Assembly: GCA_002269645.1 (NCBI GenBank)
Contig: NIVC01000302.1
Location: 626,303 to 690,302 of the forward strand
Direction of reading: 5' to 3'
DNA: 64,000 bases
From: Macrostomum lignano
Taxonomy: Eukaryota
A model generated the notes under the pieces. That model was given only the letters and a program-made list of their open reading frames with translations. It was not told the DNA's origin and searched no databases. Each line of letters begins with the position of its first letter. Position 1 is the stretch's first letter. The position numbers were made by a program, and so were the translations under genes. Positions 40,960 to 52,964 of this stretch are shown here, piece by piece.

Positions 40960-42355
40960 TTAAAATGTCACGGTTCATCTCATTGGTTTTATGAATCTAT
41001 TTTAAGATTCTTAGCTGGCTGTGTAACAATATGTGTAACAGAGATGATAAAATAGATTCATAAAAGTAAAAACCACATGGTCAAGCTGTGCCATGCATTT
41101 TATGATTTTTTAGGTACTGGAATGTACGTAGAATAAAAAATTAATAGAATCATGAATCATGAAATAGAATCAAAAAAAGAAGTTTCTATGATATTCATTA
41201 GAGCTATTAGAAAGGCAGAACATATATCAAATGATGAACATTGGATCTGCCTCCTATCGAAAGCAATAACAATTTTTGTGGTGAAAAATTCAATCTTCCT
41301 ATCTCCGTAGTGCATTTTTCGAAAAATCCTGCCTCCTAAATTTTCCGGGAAACGTATAGTAGTTTCCCCGTCCTTCTATTTGAGTAGTCCTTGGGACGAT
41401 ATAAATTGCAAACGAGTTGTGAAGCTTCTCGAAAGAAAACAAATTACTGTCATTTCTGTGAAACAAGTATTTATTTGGCACTCAGTTTATCGGAACAGAC
41501 AATCGATGGTTTCAAAATGCAGGTTGAAATTCACCGCTTTGATGAAAATGTCCAAAACATCTACAAGAATTGCTTAGTTACAGCTCTACAGCTGCATCAC
41601 CCGCATAGAATATTTTAATAGCACCCTGCCAACGTGTTTCATGAATGCTGGGATTGTAATACTTAGACAAACACCTCGCCAAAAGAGCTAAAATGCTAAT
41701 CTCCCAACGAAAGATGGCTATTTACTCGTACGCGTAGTAAGCGAAAAACAGGCTCAAATTTCCTCTCAATTTATTCATCTACCACTTGAATTTGGCATGG
41801 AAATCGTGACAATTGCATTGCTCTTCAGAACGCGCTTCATTCCAGGCAAACACAAATACCTGATATAAATACTGAGCAGCCGTCGCCTTTGCTTTTACCT
41901 AATTTACCGTCGGTCGCTACCGTTGCGTCCATCCTTTTTTTTAAACTCTGAACAAAATTAGCCACTTGATGAAGCAGTTGCTACCCTGAATCACTGGAAG
42001 CGATGTGGTCAGCTCTGCTCCGGACACTCCTCGGCTTCATTCTGGCTACTCGGCCGGTTCCAGGGAGCGCCTGCCACATGAAGGACGAGTTCAGCGCAAT
42101 CGAAGGATTCCTGTGCATCCGAGACGAGTTCGTCAGAGTCGTGCCGCGAGCTCGCACCGAGCTCGACTGCTCCATTCAGTGCAGATCGGAGCCCCTGTGC
42201 AAGGCGTTCGCCATGGAGACTGTCGTGGGCTCCCGTGTCTGTTGTCTGTTCGTGTTCGATCGGTGCAGCAAGCGAGTGCGCGACTGCGACTGCAGCTAGC
42301 GAGGTCGCGTGTTCGTCCGTCGTGAGAACTGTAAGACCAGAATTGCGAGAAAATC

Positions 42356-45297
42356 TTCACCAGGCCGTTGGGCCACCGGATTAGGTTTCCGCGCTCCACC
42401 AGGCCGTTGCCACTCGGATGAAACGGGGAAGTTCGAGTCTTCCGCATACCGAGCTGCTCACACAGAGACTGAAACAGCTGGCTCTCAAATTGCCGGCCCT
42501 GGTCACTGTGAATCGTGTCCGGAACTCCGTGACGTAGGGCTACTTGATGGACCAGAACATCAGCAACTCGCTCGGCTTCGATACTTGGTAGAGCACGGGT
42601 TTCCATCCATTTGGAGAAGCAGTCGCAGATGCTCAGAATGTAGCTGTTGTCTCGAGGCGTCCTTGGCAACGGCCCCTTAATGTCGATTTGCACGGTCTCC
42701 CACGGTCGCGCCGGCTGTGCTGTACTCTGCAGTGGAGCTCGCTGAGGGCGACTATTGTTCTTGCGCCGAAGGCATGCTGCACAGCTGGCGACCCAGTTCT
42801 GGACATCCTGCTGCATTTTTGGCCACCAGCAGCGCTCACGCAACTTCTGTAGTGTTCTGTCCGCGCCGAGGTGACCGCTAGCGGCTGCATCGTGGGCGTC
42901 GGCCAGGAACTCGGCTCGCAGATGGCTCGGAACGACCGGCTTTCCTTGCCTGACCAGCGCGCCATGCGGTCCGATCTCAATTCCGTCATCGCCCAAGAAC
43001 TCCTCGACCTTCTGCTGACCGCTGTTGGACAGGTGCTCGCGTCCCTCGGTGAGCGCCTTGAAGACACTCTGCAGAAGCGCATCGCGCTGCTGTTCCTCTA
43101 GGAAGTCTTGATCCCTGCTGCTGTCGAGCTGAGTGGTGGCGGTTCGACTCAACATGTCCGGGACGACATTCTCTCGACCCGGCCGATAGCAGAGCGTGAA
43201 GTTGAACTGCTGAATCGTGTCAAGCCAGCGCGCCAGACGCCCTTCAGGTTCCTTTGTCTGTAGCAGGCCCTTCAGTGGCTGATGATCGGTGAACGCGGTG
43301 AAGTGCTTTACGTTACACAGGTATGACCTGAAATGTTTTAGGCTCCAGACTAAGGCGAGCAGTTCTCTGTCGGTAGCTGAGTAGTTCCTTTCTGCCTTAT
43401 TCAGAGTTCTTGAGGCAAAAGCGACTGGCAGTTCCGAATCTCCGTGTGCCTGACTGAGAACCGCGCCGACTGCAAATGCGCTTGCATCGCAACTCAGGAT
43501 GAAGGGCCGGCTAAAATCTGGGAGTCTAAGCACGGGAGCCTGGCAGATCATTTCCCTTAGTTTGGTGAAAGCGCTCTCACACTCATCCGTCCAGGTGAAG
43601 CCGGTCTTTTGCGTTGCTGCATGCAGAGGCGCGGCTATCCTGCTGAAGTCTTGGATGAATCGCCGGTAAAATCCCAGCATGCCGATGAATCGCCTCACTT
43701 CCTCAGCTGAACCCGGCGTCTTAATCTTCGATAAAGCTTCCACCTTACTGGGGTCTGGCTGAATTCCTTCGCTGCTGACCACATGGCCCAGGTACCTGAC
43801 ACTACGGTACGCAAACACGGACTTATCCTTGTTCAGTTTCAGACCAGCGCTTCGAAGCCGTTCAAAAACCCGTCGTAGGCTGACTAGATGCTGATCAAAG
43901 CTCTTACTGAACACTATTAGATCATCCACGTAGACCAGGACCTCCTCCCATGTGAGGCCAGACATGATTAGCTCCATTAGTCGTTGGAACGTAGCCGGCG
44001 AGTTGCACATTCCAAATCCCATTTTCTTGAACTGCATGAGTCCTCTGGTAGAGTAAAACGCCGTCTTGTAGCGGTCGGCTTCCTCAACTTCCACTTGATT
44101 GAAACCCTGCTTGCAATCGATTGTCGTGAACCAAGAGCAGCCTGAGAGCGCGTCCATGGACTGTTGTAGGTGTGGGAGCGGATAGGCGTCCTTTACCGTA
44201 GCGGCATTCATCTGGCGCCAGTCAGTGCAGATGCGGATGTCTCCGTTCTTTTTCTTGACCACGATCAAATTGCTGGCCCATGGAGAGCTAGACGGCTCAA
44301 TGATGTCGTGCGCAAGCATCTGGCCAATCTTGTCGTCGACTCGGTCTCTCAGCGGCAGGGGGAGCGGGCGCTGGCGCTGCCTGAATGGCCGTGCTCCGGG
44401 CTCGAGCTCGATGTGGTGCTTTAGTACGCTTGTGGAGCCGAGGTCAAACTCGTGAGTGCTGAACAGGTCGTCGTTGGCTTTCAAGATGGTCATCAGCTTG
44501 TCTCTTTCTAGCTCTGTCAGTTCGGGGTTCACGTCCCAGTTCTTCAGTTTCTCCTTCACGTTCCCAACCGGTTCGAGTACATCAGCAGCTTCGAATTCAC
44601 CGACTGCTTTGTTGGCATACAGTGTTACTGCCTCGGATCCCAGATTGCACATGAGAACGGGAATCCTCTGATCGGCGGACAAGGCGAGAACTCGGGATGC
44701 CAGCAGACCGGTCTCTTGCGTAAACTCCGCATTCGGCTCGAAAACGCCCTGCTCATCTTTTGACTTCACTCGCAGCCAGACCAGCTTCTCACTCCTGGCG
44801 GGGACGTTGATGTTGCACTCAATGCGGGCCACCAGGGTCCCGGTCACCATTTGAATTTTTGAGCTGTTGGTGAAAAACGGCACGGCCTCATTATTAAAGA
44901 AGACAGTCTTGTTGTTGATGTTAATCCGTAGCTCGCTGGTTGCCCGACCGATAAAGTCCATCCCTAGGATAAGGTCTACGCTTATTCCCTCTACGACGTT
45001 GAATACATGGTCCAATCGAGTCGTCTCTCCAACTTGAACTGTTCCCCGGGCTGTTCCGAGGCACTGCAGGCGACTACCGTCTACTGACCTTGGACAGCAG
45101 CTGCTCCCAGACTCGAGCTGCAGGCCGCATGACCGCATGAGGCTGTGGCTGATGAGGGATGTCTGTGCACCAGTGTCGAGCAGGAAGCAGACCGGCTTTT
45201 CTTGCAGCAGGGCACGCACAAAAACAGAATGAGCAGTCTGGGCACTTACTTGGCGGGTTGGGGCTGGCCCGTCGCCTCCAACCCTCAGAAGTTTCCC
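42356..45297 (-). CDS. Gypsy Pol (PR-RT-RH-IN), C-terminally truncated, reached by a -1 frameshift
   Basis: ORF 42133-45219 from the track extends upstream in frame to the slippery heptamer GGGAAAC (45297-45291). Domain order PR-RT-RH-IN is Ty3/Gypsy. Residues after the junction at ~42356 are read-through into LTR remnant and host sequence. Confidence 0.9.
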
Positions 45298-46075
45298 GCC
45301 GGCCGGGCTTTACTTGGGCAGACCGCTGCATTGTGGCCCCAACCGGAGCAGTTGAAGCACCGACCTTGCTTGTGGGCACCTTTAGTTGGACATCTGCGCG
45401 CGATGTGACCGTCTTTGCCGCACTGGTAGCAACCGGATGTTCTCTGGGCCTGCCGACGGTCACCTGGTCCAGCGCGGCTGCTGCTCGAGTCGGGACAGCC
45501 GGTCATCAACCACGGAGACCATAGACGAACTTGCGGGCGTGTTCTTGCTCATCACCTGCTCCAGTCTGGTGGCTCTCTCGACCAGCGTGCCCAGCGTGCA
45601 TGTATCCGAGTCGCTCTCCTTGGGCAGGGCTTCGCGTATCCCTGCGCTTAATAGCTGGATAATTTTAAACTTGACCTCCCGATCACGGAGCGTTGATGGG
45701 TCATCCGGGCGGGCTCCCATGTACAGTAGCCTGAGAGCGAACGAGAGCTCCCTGATTGACTCGCCATTCTTGCGTTGTCGACCTTGGAACTCCTGCATGG
45801 CGCGGTGCTGATTGGCAGAGCCGCCGTACTGCTGGAGAAGAAGTGCCTTGATTTTCTCATAACTTTTTTTATCGGCATCTGGCATGTCCCAAACACAGAC
45901 CTGGGCCTCCCCTCTCAGCAGGAGCTTCACTTTGGAGGCGCGCTTTGCATCGTCCCAATTCTTGTCTTCGGCGAAGTCTTCAAAGATGCTCAGCCAAAAG
46001 TGCACGTTTGATTGGCCACTAAACTTGGGCGGTAGCAAACTGGCGTCGTTGCTCTTCTCATCTCGCTCTTCCATT
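45285..46075 (-). pseudogene. Gypsy gag with an internal frameshift before the zinc knuckles
   Basis: Seen: the capsid-like ORF stops at 45460 (LEQQPRWTR*), while CYQCGKDGHIARRC and CFNCSGWGHNAAVC lie in another frame (45285-45509). Confidence 0.8.
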
Positions 46076-47159
46076 CTGATCTGCCAACTTGAATTGGGCT
46101 TCGCTGCCACCAGTGTAAGACCAGAATTGCGAGAAAATCAGTACGAGGGCTCAAAGGCCAAGTTAGTCGATATATATATTTGTCATTCACTATGTACGCG
46201 CGTACATTCCGATCGATATAGGTTCAGGTGAATAAAAGCGTGCCCAACCCCCCAGCGCAGGCCAACCCCCAAAACAGCCAACACAACGAACACCAAAACT
46301 CACAGGACCAACGACTTCGAGCTGGCGCTCTGTGTCCCTCTGGCTATGGCGACGACTAAGTACAAGTACAAAGTACAAGACAAAGTACAAGCTGTACCCC
46401 GGAATCGAGTTCTGGAAGCCGAGCAAGGCCAAGTGCGACAGCGAGCCCGGCTTGGTGATCATGGCCGATGCGATGGATGCAGCCGAGATGAGCCACATCG
46501 ACATGCTTTGCGACCGTTCGAGCACAGGTACGTTTCTCGGAGGTGTGCAGCCTGCAGGCAGTGCGGAGCCGGATGGAGGCTGGATCTGGGCGAGCTGCGG
46601 TCTCCCGATCGACTCAACTCTCTGGTGTTGCACCGAGCCGAGCGACAGTGGAAGTCAAAATGTAACTGTCAGGTGGTACAACGCGCACAAGCTTACTGAC
46701 CTGAAGGATACCTCGTCTCGAGCCACCGGCGTCCTGCGCGAGTGCGTGTCTCCATTCGAGTGAATGGCTTAAACCAATTGAGCGGTTCAATGGATACTAT
46801 TTCTTAACGAAGTTTTCAAGTCATTTTGGAATACTTGTTTTGAATTCTAAATATGACTTTCCTATCTGATAAAAGCAACTCTGTCGGCTGTTCTGTTATT
46901 CATACCATCACTGTACCTTGCATTCGCCCGCTGAACACTCCTGTGTGAGTGTGTGCCTGTGCGAATGACTACGTACGCATCCGCGCGCTTGTGTGCCTTC
47001 TCAGGAGAGTCGGCGGAATGGGCAGTAAAGCCCCTCGCCGGTTGTGTGACAATTTCGCTTAAAGTGTGCCAGGGTGCACACAGAACTATCGTAAACCCTA
47101 ATTCCTAAACCATAACTCTAGCACTAACCTAATCGCTAACCCAAATCCGACTTATCGGT

Positions 47160-47272
47160 AGCTAACTTGTTGGCATGCGTGTCGCCGCTCCCCTCTCGAT
47201 CCAGTAGTGTATTAGCAGGTCGCTAAGCTTCAGAATTAGCTTTGAAAGCTGACAGTCACATTCTGACTCGGA
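47160..47272 (-). pseudogene. Relic of a third lectin paralog (C-terminal fragment)
   Basis: Seen: GACAGTCACATTCTGACTCGG at 47251-47271 is identical to 38653-38673 of lectin A (PSQNVTV). After a frameshift, AAGCTTAGCGACCTGCTA gives KLSDLL, as in lectin A. Confidence 0.55.
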
Positions 47273-47561
47273 CTAACTTGTATACATGTAGAGCGTTTAT
47301 TCATAGCTCGTAAAATTGAAATCTTGATTTCAATTCATTTGATCGCTGATTAGCTCGCACCAGCGAAGTCGACAAGATCTTCATGTAAGATTGAAAGCAT
47401 TGATTGATATATTGTAAACATTGAGAACTACTCAATTGGACATCAAAATCTCGTTTTACATGTCAATAATCCGCGGATGGCTTTTGCTATTACAGAAAGC
47501 AACGCTGAAACCAACAGGACTCTCGAAAATCGAGCATTGTCCATTGTACCAGCAACAGAAA

Positions 47562-47791
47562 TCATGCTCCTGCTCCTGCTCATGCTCCTGCTCCTACTCA
47601 TGCTCCCGCTCCTGCTCCCGTTTCTGCTCCTGCTCATGCTCCTGCCCTTGCTTCTGCTCATGCTCCTGCCCTTGCTTCTGCTCATGCTCCTGCCCTTGCT
47701 TCTGCTCATGCTCCTGCCCTTGCTTCTGCTCCTGCTCCCGCTCCTGCTCCCGTTTCTGCTCCTGCTCCTGCTCCTGCTCATGCTCCTGCTC
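47562..47791. repeat. (CTCCTG)n-type microsatellite; continues at 51187-51232 on the other side of the LINE
   Basis: Seen: CTCCTG/CTCATG/CTTCTG units; explains the poly-L, poly-SC and poly-SR ORFs. Confidence 0.92.
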
Positions 47792-50700
47792 CTCTCTCTC
47801 TCTCTCTGCACCGCACACCCCGAAGTCAGCGCTGCTGCGTCAAAGTTGGCGCCCCAGTCTGCGAACGAGCTTGAGAACTGCTGGCGCATCACAGAGGAGA
47901 AGCTCAGGATCAGCCGGGCGGGCCGCGTGTCCTCTGGGGCAGTCGAAAAGAAGATGCTGCTCAGTGTCCGGGTCCCCGCAGTCCGGGCACAGCGGGTTGT
48001 CAGACAGGCCGAGCCGATGGCGAGTGGCGGCCGCTTGGAGGCTGCAGCCGGCGCGAAGCTGATTAATGGCCACCTCGGCCCTTCTGGGTAAAGCTGGCAG
48101 TTGTGGCCAGGAAGTTTCCCGGCCCCAGAACTCGAGGTCGAGATTGGATCTCAGACGGTGGAGGTAGGCGTTTGCAGCCGTGAGCGGTACCTCCTGATCA
48201 ACTTGGCAAGTGACAGTGTTCTTTGCTGCCTTGTCTGCGCGTTCGTTAAGCTGCATCCCACAGTGGGCTGGGGATCCAGGTGAGGCGAACGTCGGCACTC
48301 GCTTTGCTAATTATGCGCCAGATGCTGTTGAGGCCTCTCATAATACTCTGAATGGCTGCCTGCGAGTCGGTGAGGATGTTGGCGGCCGGGGGGTTGGCGA
48401 GTTCTCCGGAGATGGACTGTAAGGCGATGAGGATGGCATGAAGTTCCGCTTGTGTGCTGCTGCAGATGCCGCCTTCTGCACTGGTGACGATGCGGCCCCA
48501 TTTCGGCGTGATCACGACGGCCGCTTTGGTGCCATTGGAGGTGCCGCCGGAGGCTGATCCATCAGTCCAGACTTGGACGGGGTGCATGCCGCCCTTCTCC
48601 AAGTACGTGATGGCCGCGTGGTTGCGGCGACCCGGGGGGGGAGTCTGCGGCTGCATTGCTCTGGTAGCGAGAGGTCGCAGTCGACGGTGCCGCGGGCCTC
48701 CCACGGCGGCTGGTGTTGCAGCTGGTCCTCTTTCGGGAGGCTTTCGAGGGTTCCAGGGCGGTCGAGTTCCCGGCTGACACGTCGCCAGCAGCCTCGGAAG
48801 TGCCGCTGGTAGTCGAGCGCGACGGTGCAGATTTCTGTGAGGTCACGCTGCTGTCTCTGGTGTCTCTCAAAGGCACGGTTCTTGAGGCGCGGCTGAGTGT
48901 CTCTCAGGGCGACCTCACGCGCCGGGGTCTCGGCTGGGAGGCGCAGGATTCCTTCACGGAGACTTGCACTGCGCTGGAGGATCAGGTGGCCAAAGGTGGG
49001 GAGGTTGACAACAGCCAGCAGATCCCGGATATGAGTCAGCTGCAGGCACCCGGGGAAAATACGAGCGCAGCTGTGTTGTTGTCGGTCGATTAGGAGTTGG
49101 TTGGAGGAGGGGCTGCAAAGGATCCCCAGACGTCGCAGGCGTAGTCGGCCACTGAGCGGACTGTTGCGATGTACGCTGTCCGGAGGATCCTGCTGTCCGC
49201 GAGGGCTGCTCTGGTAGCGAGGGCAGCAAGTGGGCGCTTACGGGCGGCCATCTTTCGTCGGATGTTTGCGGCGTGCTGAGCGAAACTGAGACTGCCGTCC
49301 AACGTGAGCCCCAAAAAGGTCGGCGTGAGCTCGAAGTTGAGCTTATCTCCAATAATGCGAAGGTTCACCTGGCTCTTTCCGTTATTCTCATTTGGGGCCA
49401 GAGTGAAAGTGGTAAAGCAGCATTTGCTATTGCTAATGGTGACCTTCCAGGTCCTGCACCAGCTGGTCACTGCGTCCAGAGCAGGTTGGAGCTCCTCTGC
49501 GAAGGTAGCCAGGGAGCGGGTCGTGGCTAGTAGGACCGACTCGTCCGCGTTAAGGCTCAGGTCGGTTCGTGGGCTGGCTGCGGCAACAGCCTCGGCGAGG
49601 TTTATGTTCCACAGGGTGGGCGCTAGGAGGCCGCGGACCCAGCGCGTCATACGTCTGGAGATGCCCATGCGTCGCATTTTGGCGTAGAGCGCCAGGCGCC
49701 AGACTTTGTCGTAGGCCCGGCTGGAGTCGATAAGGCACAGGATGCTGCACAGGGCAGGGTGGTTTTCCAAGCCGTCGAAAATAGCTTGACAGACCCTGGC
49801 GAGCTGGTCCTCAGTGCTGCGTCCACGGCGGAAACCGGCTTGATTTTGTGATAGGCAGCCGCGGCTTTCCAGGTCGTGGTTAAGGCGGACAAGCACCATG
49901 CGCTTTGCGCACTTAGCGACGCAGCTGGTCAAGGCGACAGGACGATAGCTGTCCGGTGACGTGGCACTCTTGTCCTTTTTCCGGATCGGGATGATGGTGC
50001 CATTTCGCCAGCTGGTCGGTGTTTGCCCTTCGGTCCAGGTGCGGTTGATTAGTTTGAGAAGGATGTTTTCAGCGGCCGCGGGAAGGCGTTTCAGCATTTC
50101 GTTTGAGACGCCGTCGGCCCCCACAGACTTCCCCGACTTGAGGCAACGAACAGCGGCGCGGAGCTCGCCGATATAGAAGAGGGCAGGGGGGTAATCTGTG
50201 ACTGCCGTGGCCTCGTTGGCTTCGTAGCGGATTGCAGTATCCTGACGGCGTCTGGGGACTCGGCTCACTTCCGCGTACATCTGGCAGAAAAGCTCTGCCT
50301 TTTCTTTGTTAGTGCGGGCCGTGCGCTCGGGGACGTTTTCTGAGGCGGGTCTGGTAATCGCTGCGGAGTCCCCTGTCTTGTACCCTTCGCCTCTCATGGC
50401 GCGAAAGGGCCAAAGATGTCGGAGCCCTGGTGGAAATGTGCCGCTCTTTCCAGCAGAAAGGCTTTCTTTTCCTTGTTGAGGCAGTCTGAGGCATTATGCC
50501 GGGCCCGTGCGGCTGCGGCAAGGTTCTCCGGGGTCGGGTCGGCTTCGGCGACCTGACGTGCTGCTTTGGTCGCTTTCGTGGCATCCTCGCACGCGTCGTT
50601 CCAGAATGGGAGCCGGCGCGTTGGCTTCCCTGAGCTGCGCGGGATGTTGTGTCGCGCAGCTGAGAGTATTGCATCGGAAAGCCGAGTTGCCTCATCGTTG

Positions 50701-51186
50701 AGCGCGACCGCTTGTAGTTCGGAGTCGGCCCAGGCAGTCAAAACGGCCCAGTTTGCTTTCTTGCAGATCCAGCGTTTCTGTCCCTGGCGGATTGGCGGTC
50801 CGGCGTTGGAGGCTGGGATGTTGCAGAAGATTGGCAGGTGGTCGCTGCCCCAGTCGGGGCCAGTTCTCCAGGAGTCAATCGGGGCGCCGGAGAGGGCGCT
50901 GCTGCAGATCGTCACATCCGAACTGCTGATGCGACCTGTACTGGGGCACTGTACAGGGGCACCTGTGGGGCACCTGTTGGTTGAGTTGCAGATGGTCAGG
51001 CCGTTGCGAGCAACCCATTCATCAACCGTTTGGCACCTGGCATCCTCGTCGAGGTGATGTTCCCAGCTGCCATGGGCGTTGAAGTCGCCCCCGAGGATGG
51101 CTCTGCCGGTGACCGGTAGGTTGTTGAAGGTTGGCTGCCAGGCGTCATCAGGGCGTTGGCAACTGGTGGGTGGAGCGTAAGTGGTT
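47792..51186 (-). mobile_element. 5'-truncated, decayed non-LTR retrotransposon (APE-RT-RNase H-CCHC; I/Ingi/Nimb-like)
   Basis: Seen: endonuclease C-half (YAPP, LGGDFNAH, GSDHLPI); RT (KSVGADGVSNEML, YRPVALTS, QAGFRRGRSTEDQ, DSSRAYDKVW); RNase H (VWTDGSA, STQAELHAI, ILTDSQAAI, LTWIPS); C-terminal QLRAG...CPDCG..DTEQHLLFDCP; (GA)n tail at 47792-47807. There are several frameshifts, the PQG motif is deleted and YADD reads NADE. Confidence 0.92.
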
Positions 51187-52964
51187 CTGCTCCTGCTCCC
51201 GCTCCTGCTCCTATACATGTACTCCTGCTCCTTCTTACGACTCGTATGCCGCTCTGCTCCTGCTCAATGGGCATCAATTATCTAGTCATACTACTGAACA
51301 GTACAAAATAGCAATTAGCTATTCTGTAAAATTCAGCCCTAGAGGACATCTCTAGCGACTGCACGAGCGCCACTTTGATTCATTTCATGTCCAGCGCATT
51401 AGAGGTCAAGCAAGAACAGAGCGGAGAAGCATCCTTCCACTCTTCTTTAGCTTCAGGTGCGCAAAAAGTCCACGACGTGCCTCGTTAAGTCAGTTCGGTC
51501 TGCTCCCAGTGCTTGGCCTCTTTGTATCGCAAACGATCTATCCTGAATGATTTTTTGCAAAATTTGGTAACTAACTGTTAGTCAAAGAGCATTATTCGAT
51601 GCTTTCTTCACAGTATGCATTCAATATGATTTTGGTCAGCAGCATGTTGTAGATGGTGGAGCAGACAGAAGCAAGATGGCCCCTGTTACTATTTCTATGC
51701 ACATTGCACTGAAAATTCAGACATTCAAACAGTTCATGAGGCCATCGCGTGTTACGCTGCTTAGGAACAAGAGACCCAGTAAAGATAAAAGCTGTTTTGG
51801 AAAATGCACTTTGTACTTAGGAATAATGCATTTATTTTTTGCTAATTCTTGCGTGACACAATAGTGCCACTCACTGCAATACATACACACACAAAATCTC
51901 TGTACTGAATCATAATTTCATAAATGTTTTCAAAGACAATCACAGTTACAAAGTTAAAAGTTAATTCAAAGTTAATAAAGTTCTAACTGGACTTTTCTAG
52001 CCTGCCGGTTACTTTTTTCGTATCTTCATACCTTTGCAGACGAAGGTTCCAGGCGTTTGCGCTGTCGTGCACTGGGTGTACTTTTACCGGGCATTAAATT
52101 TCCTATACAGCTTCCTAAATCTCTTGCCGTCTGTAGTAGTTGGCTGGGGCGGTCAATACGAGCTCAATGGTAAATACGAGTCGACATGTACTGTCTGAGT
52201 TCAGTACGTCTGAGTTATCACTAAACAGTTGTTCGGTTTCATAAACATAAATTCTGCGTTCAACACTTAGGTAACAATGCAGGTAACAATGCACTACTGA
52301 CTACAGGTAAACAAAACACTACTGACTACAGGTAAACAACACACTACTGACTACAGGTAACAATACACAAAGCTGACACAAAAATGCCTAAATAGCATTC
52401 ACAATTGATCCAGCAATATACAATGCCCCTCAAAGCATTACTTTTTTCTGAACTCAAAACGAAATGAAAAAATTATCATAAGAATAAATTTTCTGTGTCT
52501 TTCAGATTTCGCTATCCGAACATGCTAAATTACAGTCAAATTTAATGATCCAGAGAAGACAATTAATTTATTGTATTTCCAGTCGCCAGCGTCCTTCAGG
52601 TTGGTGTCTTCAAATCATAACAAACATTGAACCGTACACACTGTATGTGTTCAATTTCGGCCACTGGTGACATATAAATACACTACCGTAGTCTCTATTT
52701 AGAACCGGTTTGCCGCAATGTGGTTAAAAGACAGCGGTGTGTTTGATTGAATTCTATACTTCTAGTTAACAATGCAGTTCCTTGTGCATCATTCTGAGAT
52801 GGCTCTGTTTAAATATTGACGCTATTTTCGGGGCGATATTCCCATAAATAATTTTCTATAGCACTTGAATAGCACGGATTTGTATAAGCACGTATGTTTA
52901 CTCTACCGAATCCTGTTCATTCAGGCTGGTTGTGGAGCTCCAAATGGCACCTGAGGCGGCAATT

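Larger units (their letters stand above)
42330..46304 (-). mobile_element. Ty3/Gypsy LTR retrotransposon, defective
   Basis: Seen: 5' LTR 46114-46304 (191 bp, TGT...ACA) with adjacent PBS-like TGGTGGCAGCG; only the last 26 bp of the 3' LTR remain (42330-42355); TSD GAAC/GGAC. Gag (PPKFSG, EAQV.W), two CCHC knuckles, protease LLDTGA, RT YVDD, RNase H (CDAS, ELLAL, TDHQPL), integrase HHCC and core ending at GNGLVER. Confidence 0.96.
42003..46763 (+). pseudogene. Lectin B: PAN + C-type lectin paralog, disrupted
   Basis: Seen: the 5' part (42003-42329) and 3' part (46305-46763) together are colinear with lectin A. Lesions: TCG>TAG at 42297-42299, a Gypsy insertion at 42330-46304, and a 7-nt to 21-nt replacement at 46358-46378 that creates TAA and a frameshift. 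Confidence 0.88.

Noticed and set aside
41391-41618. Cys-containing ORF resembling a piggyBac C-terminal cysteine-rich domain (RKKTNYCHFCETSIYL)
   Set aside because: Too few conserved Cys/His, and no TTAA-flanked TIRs or transposase core nearby.
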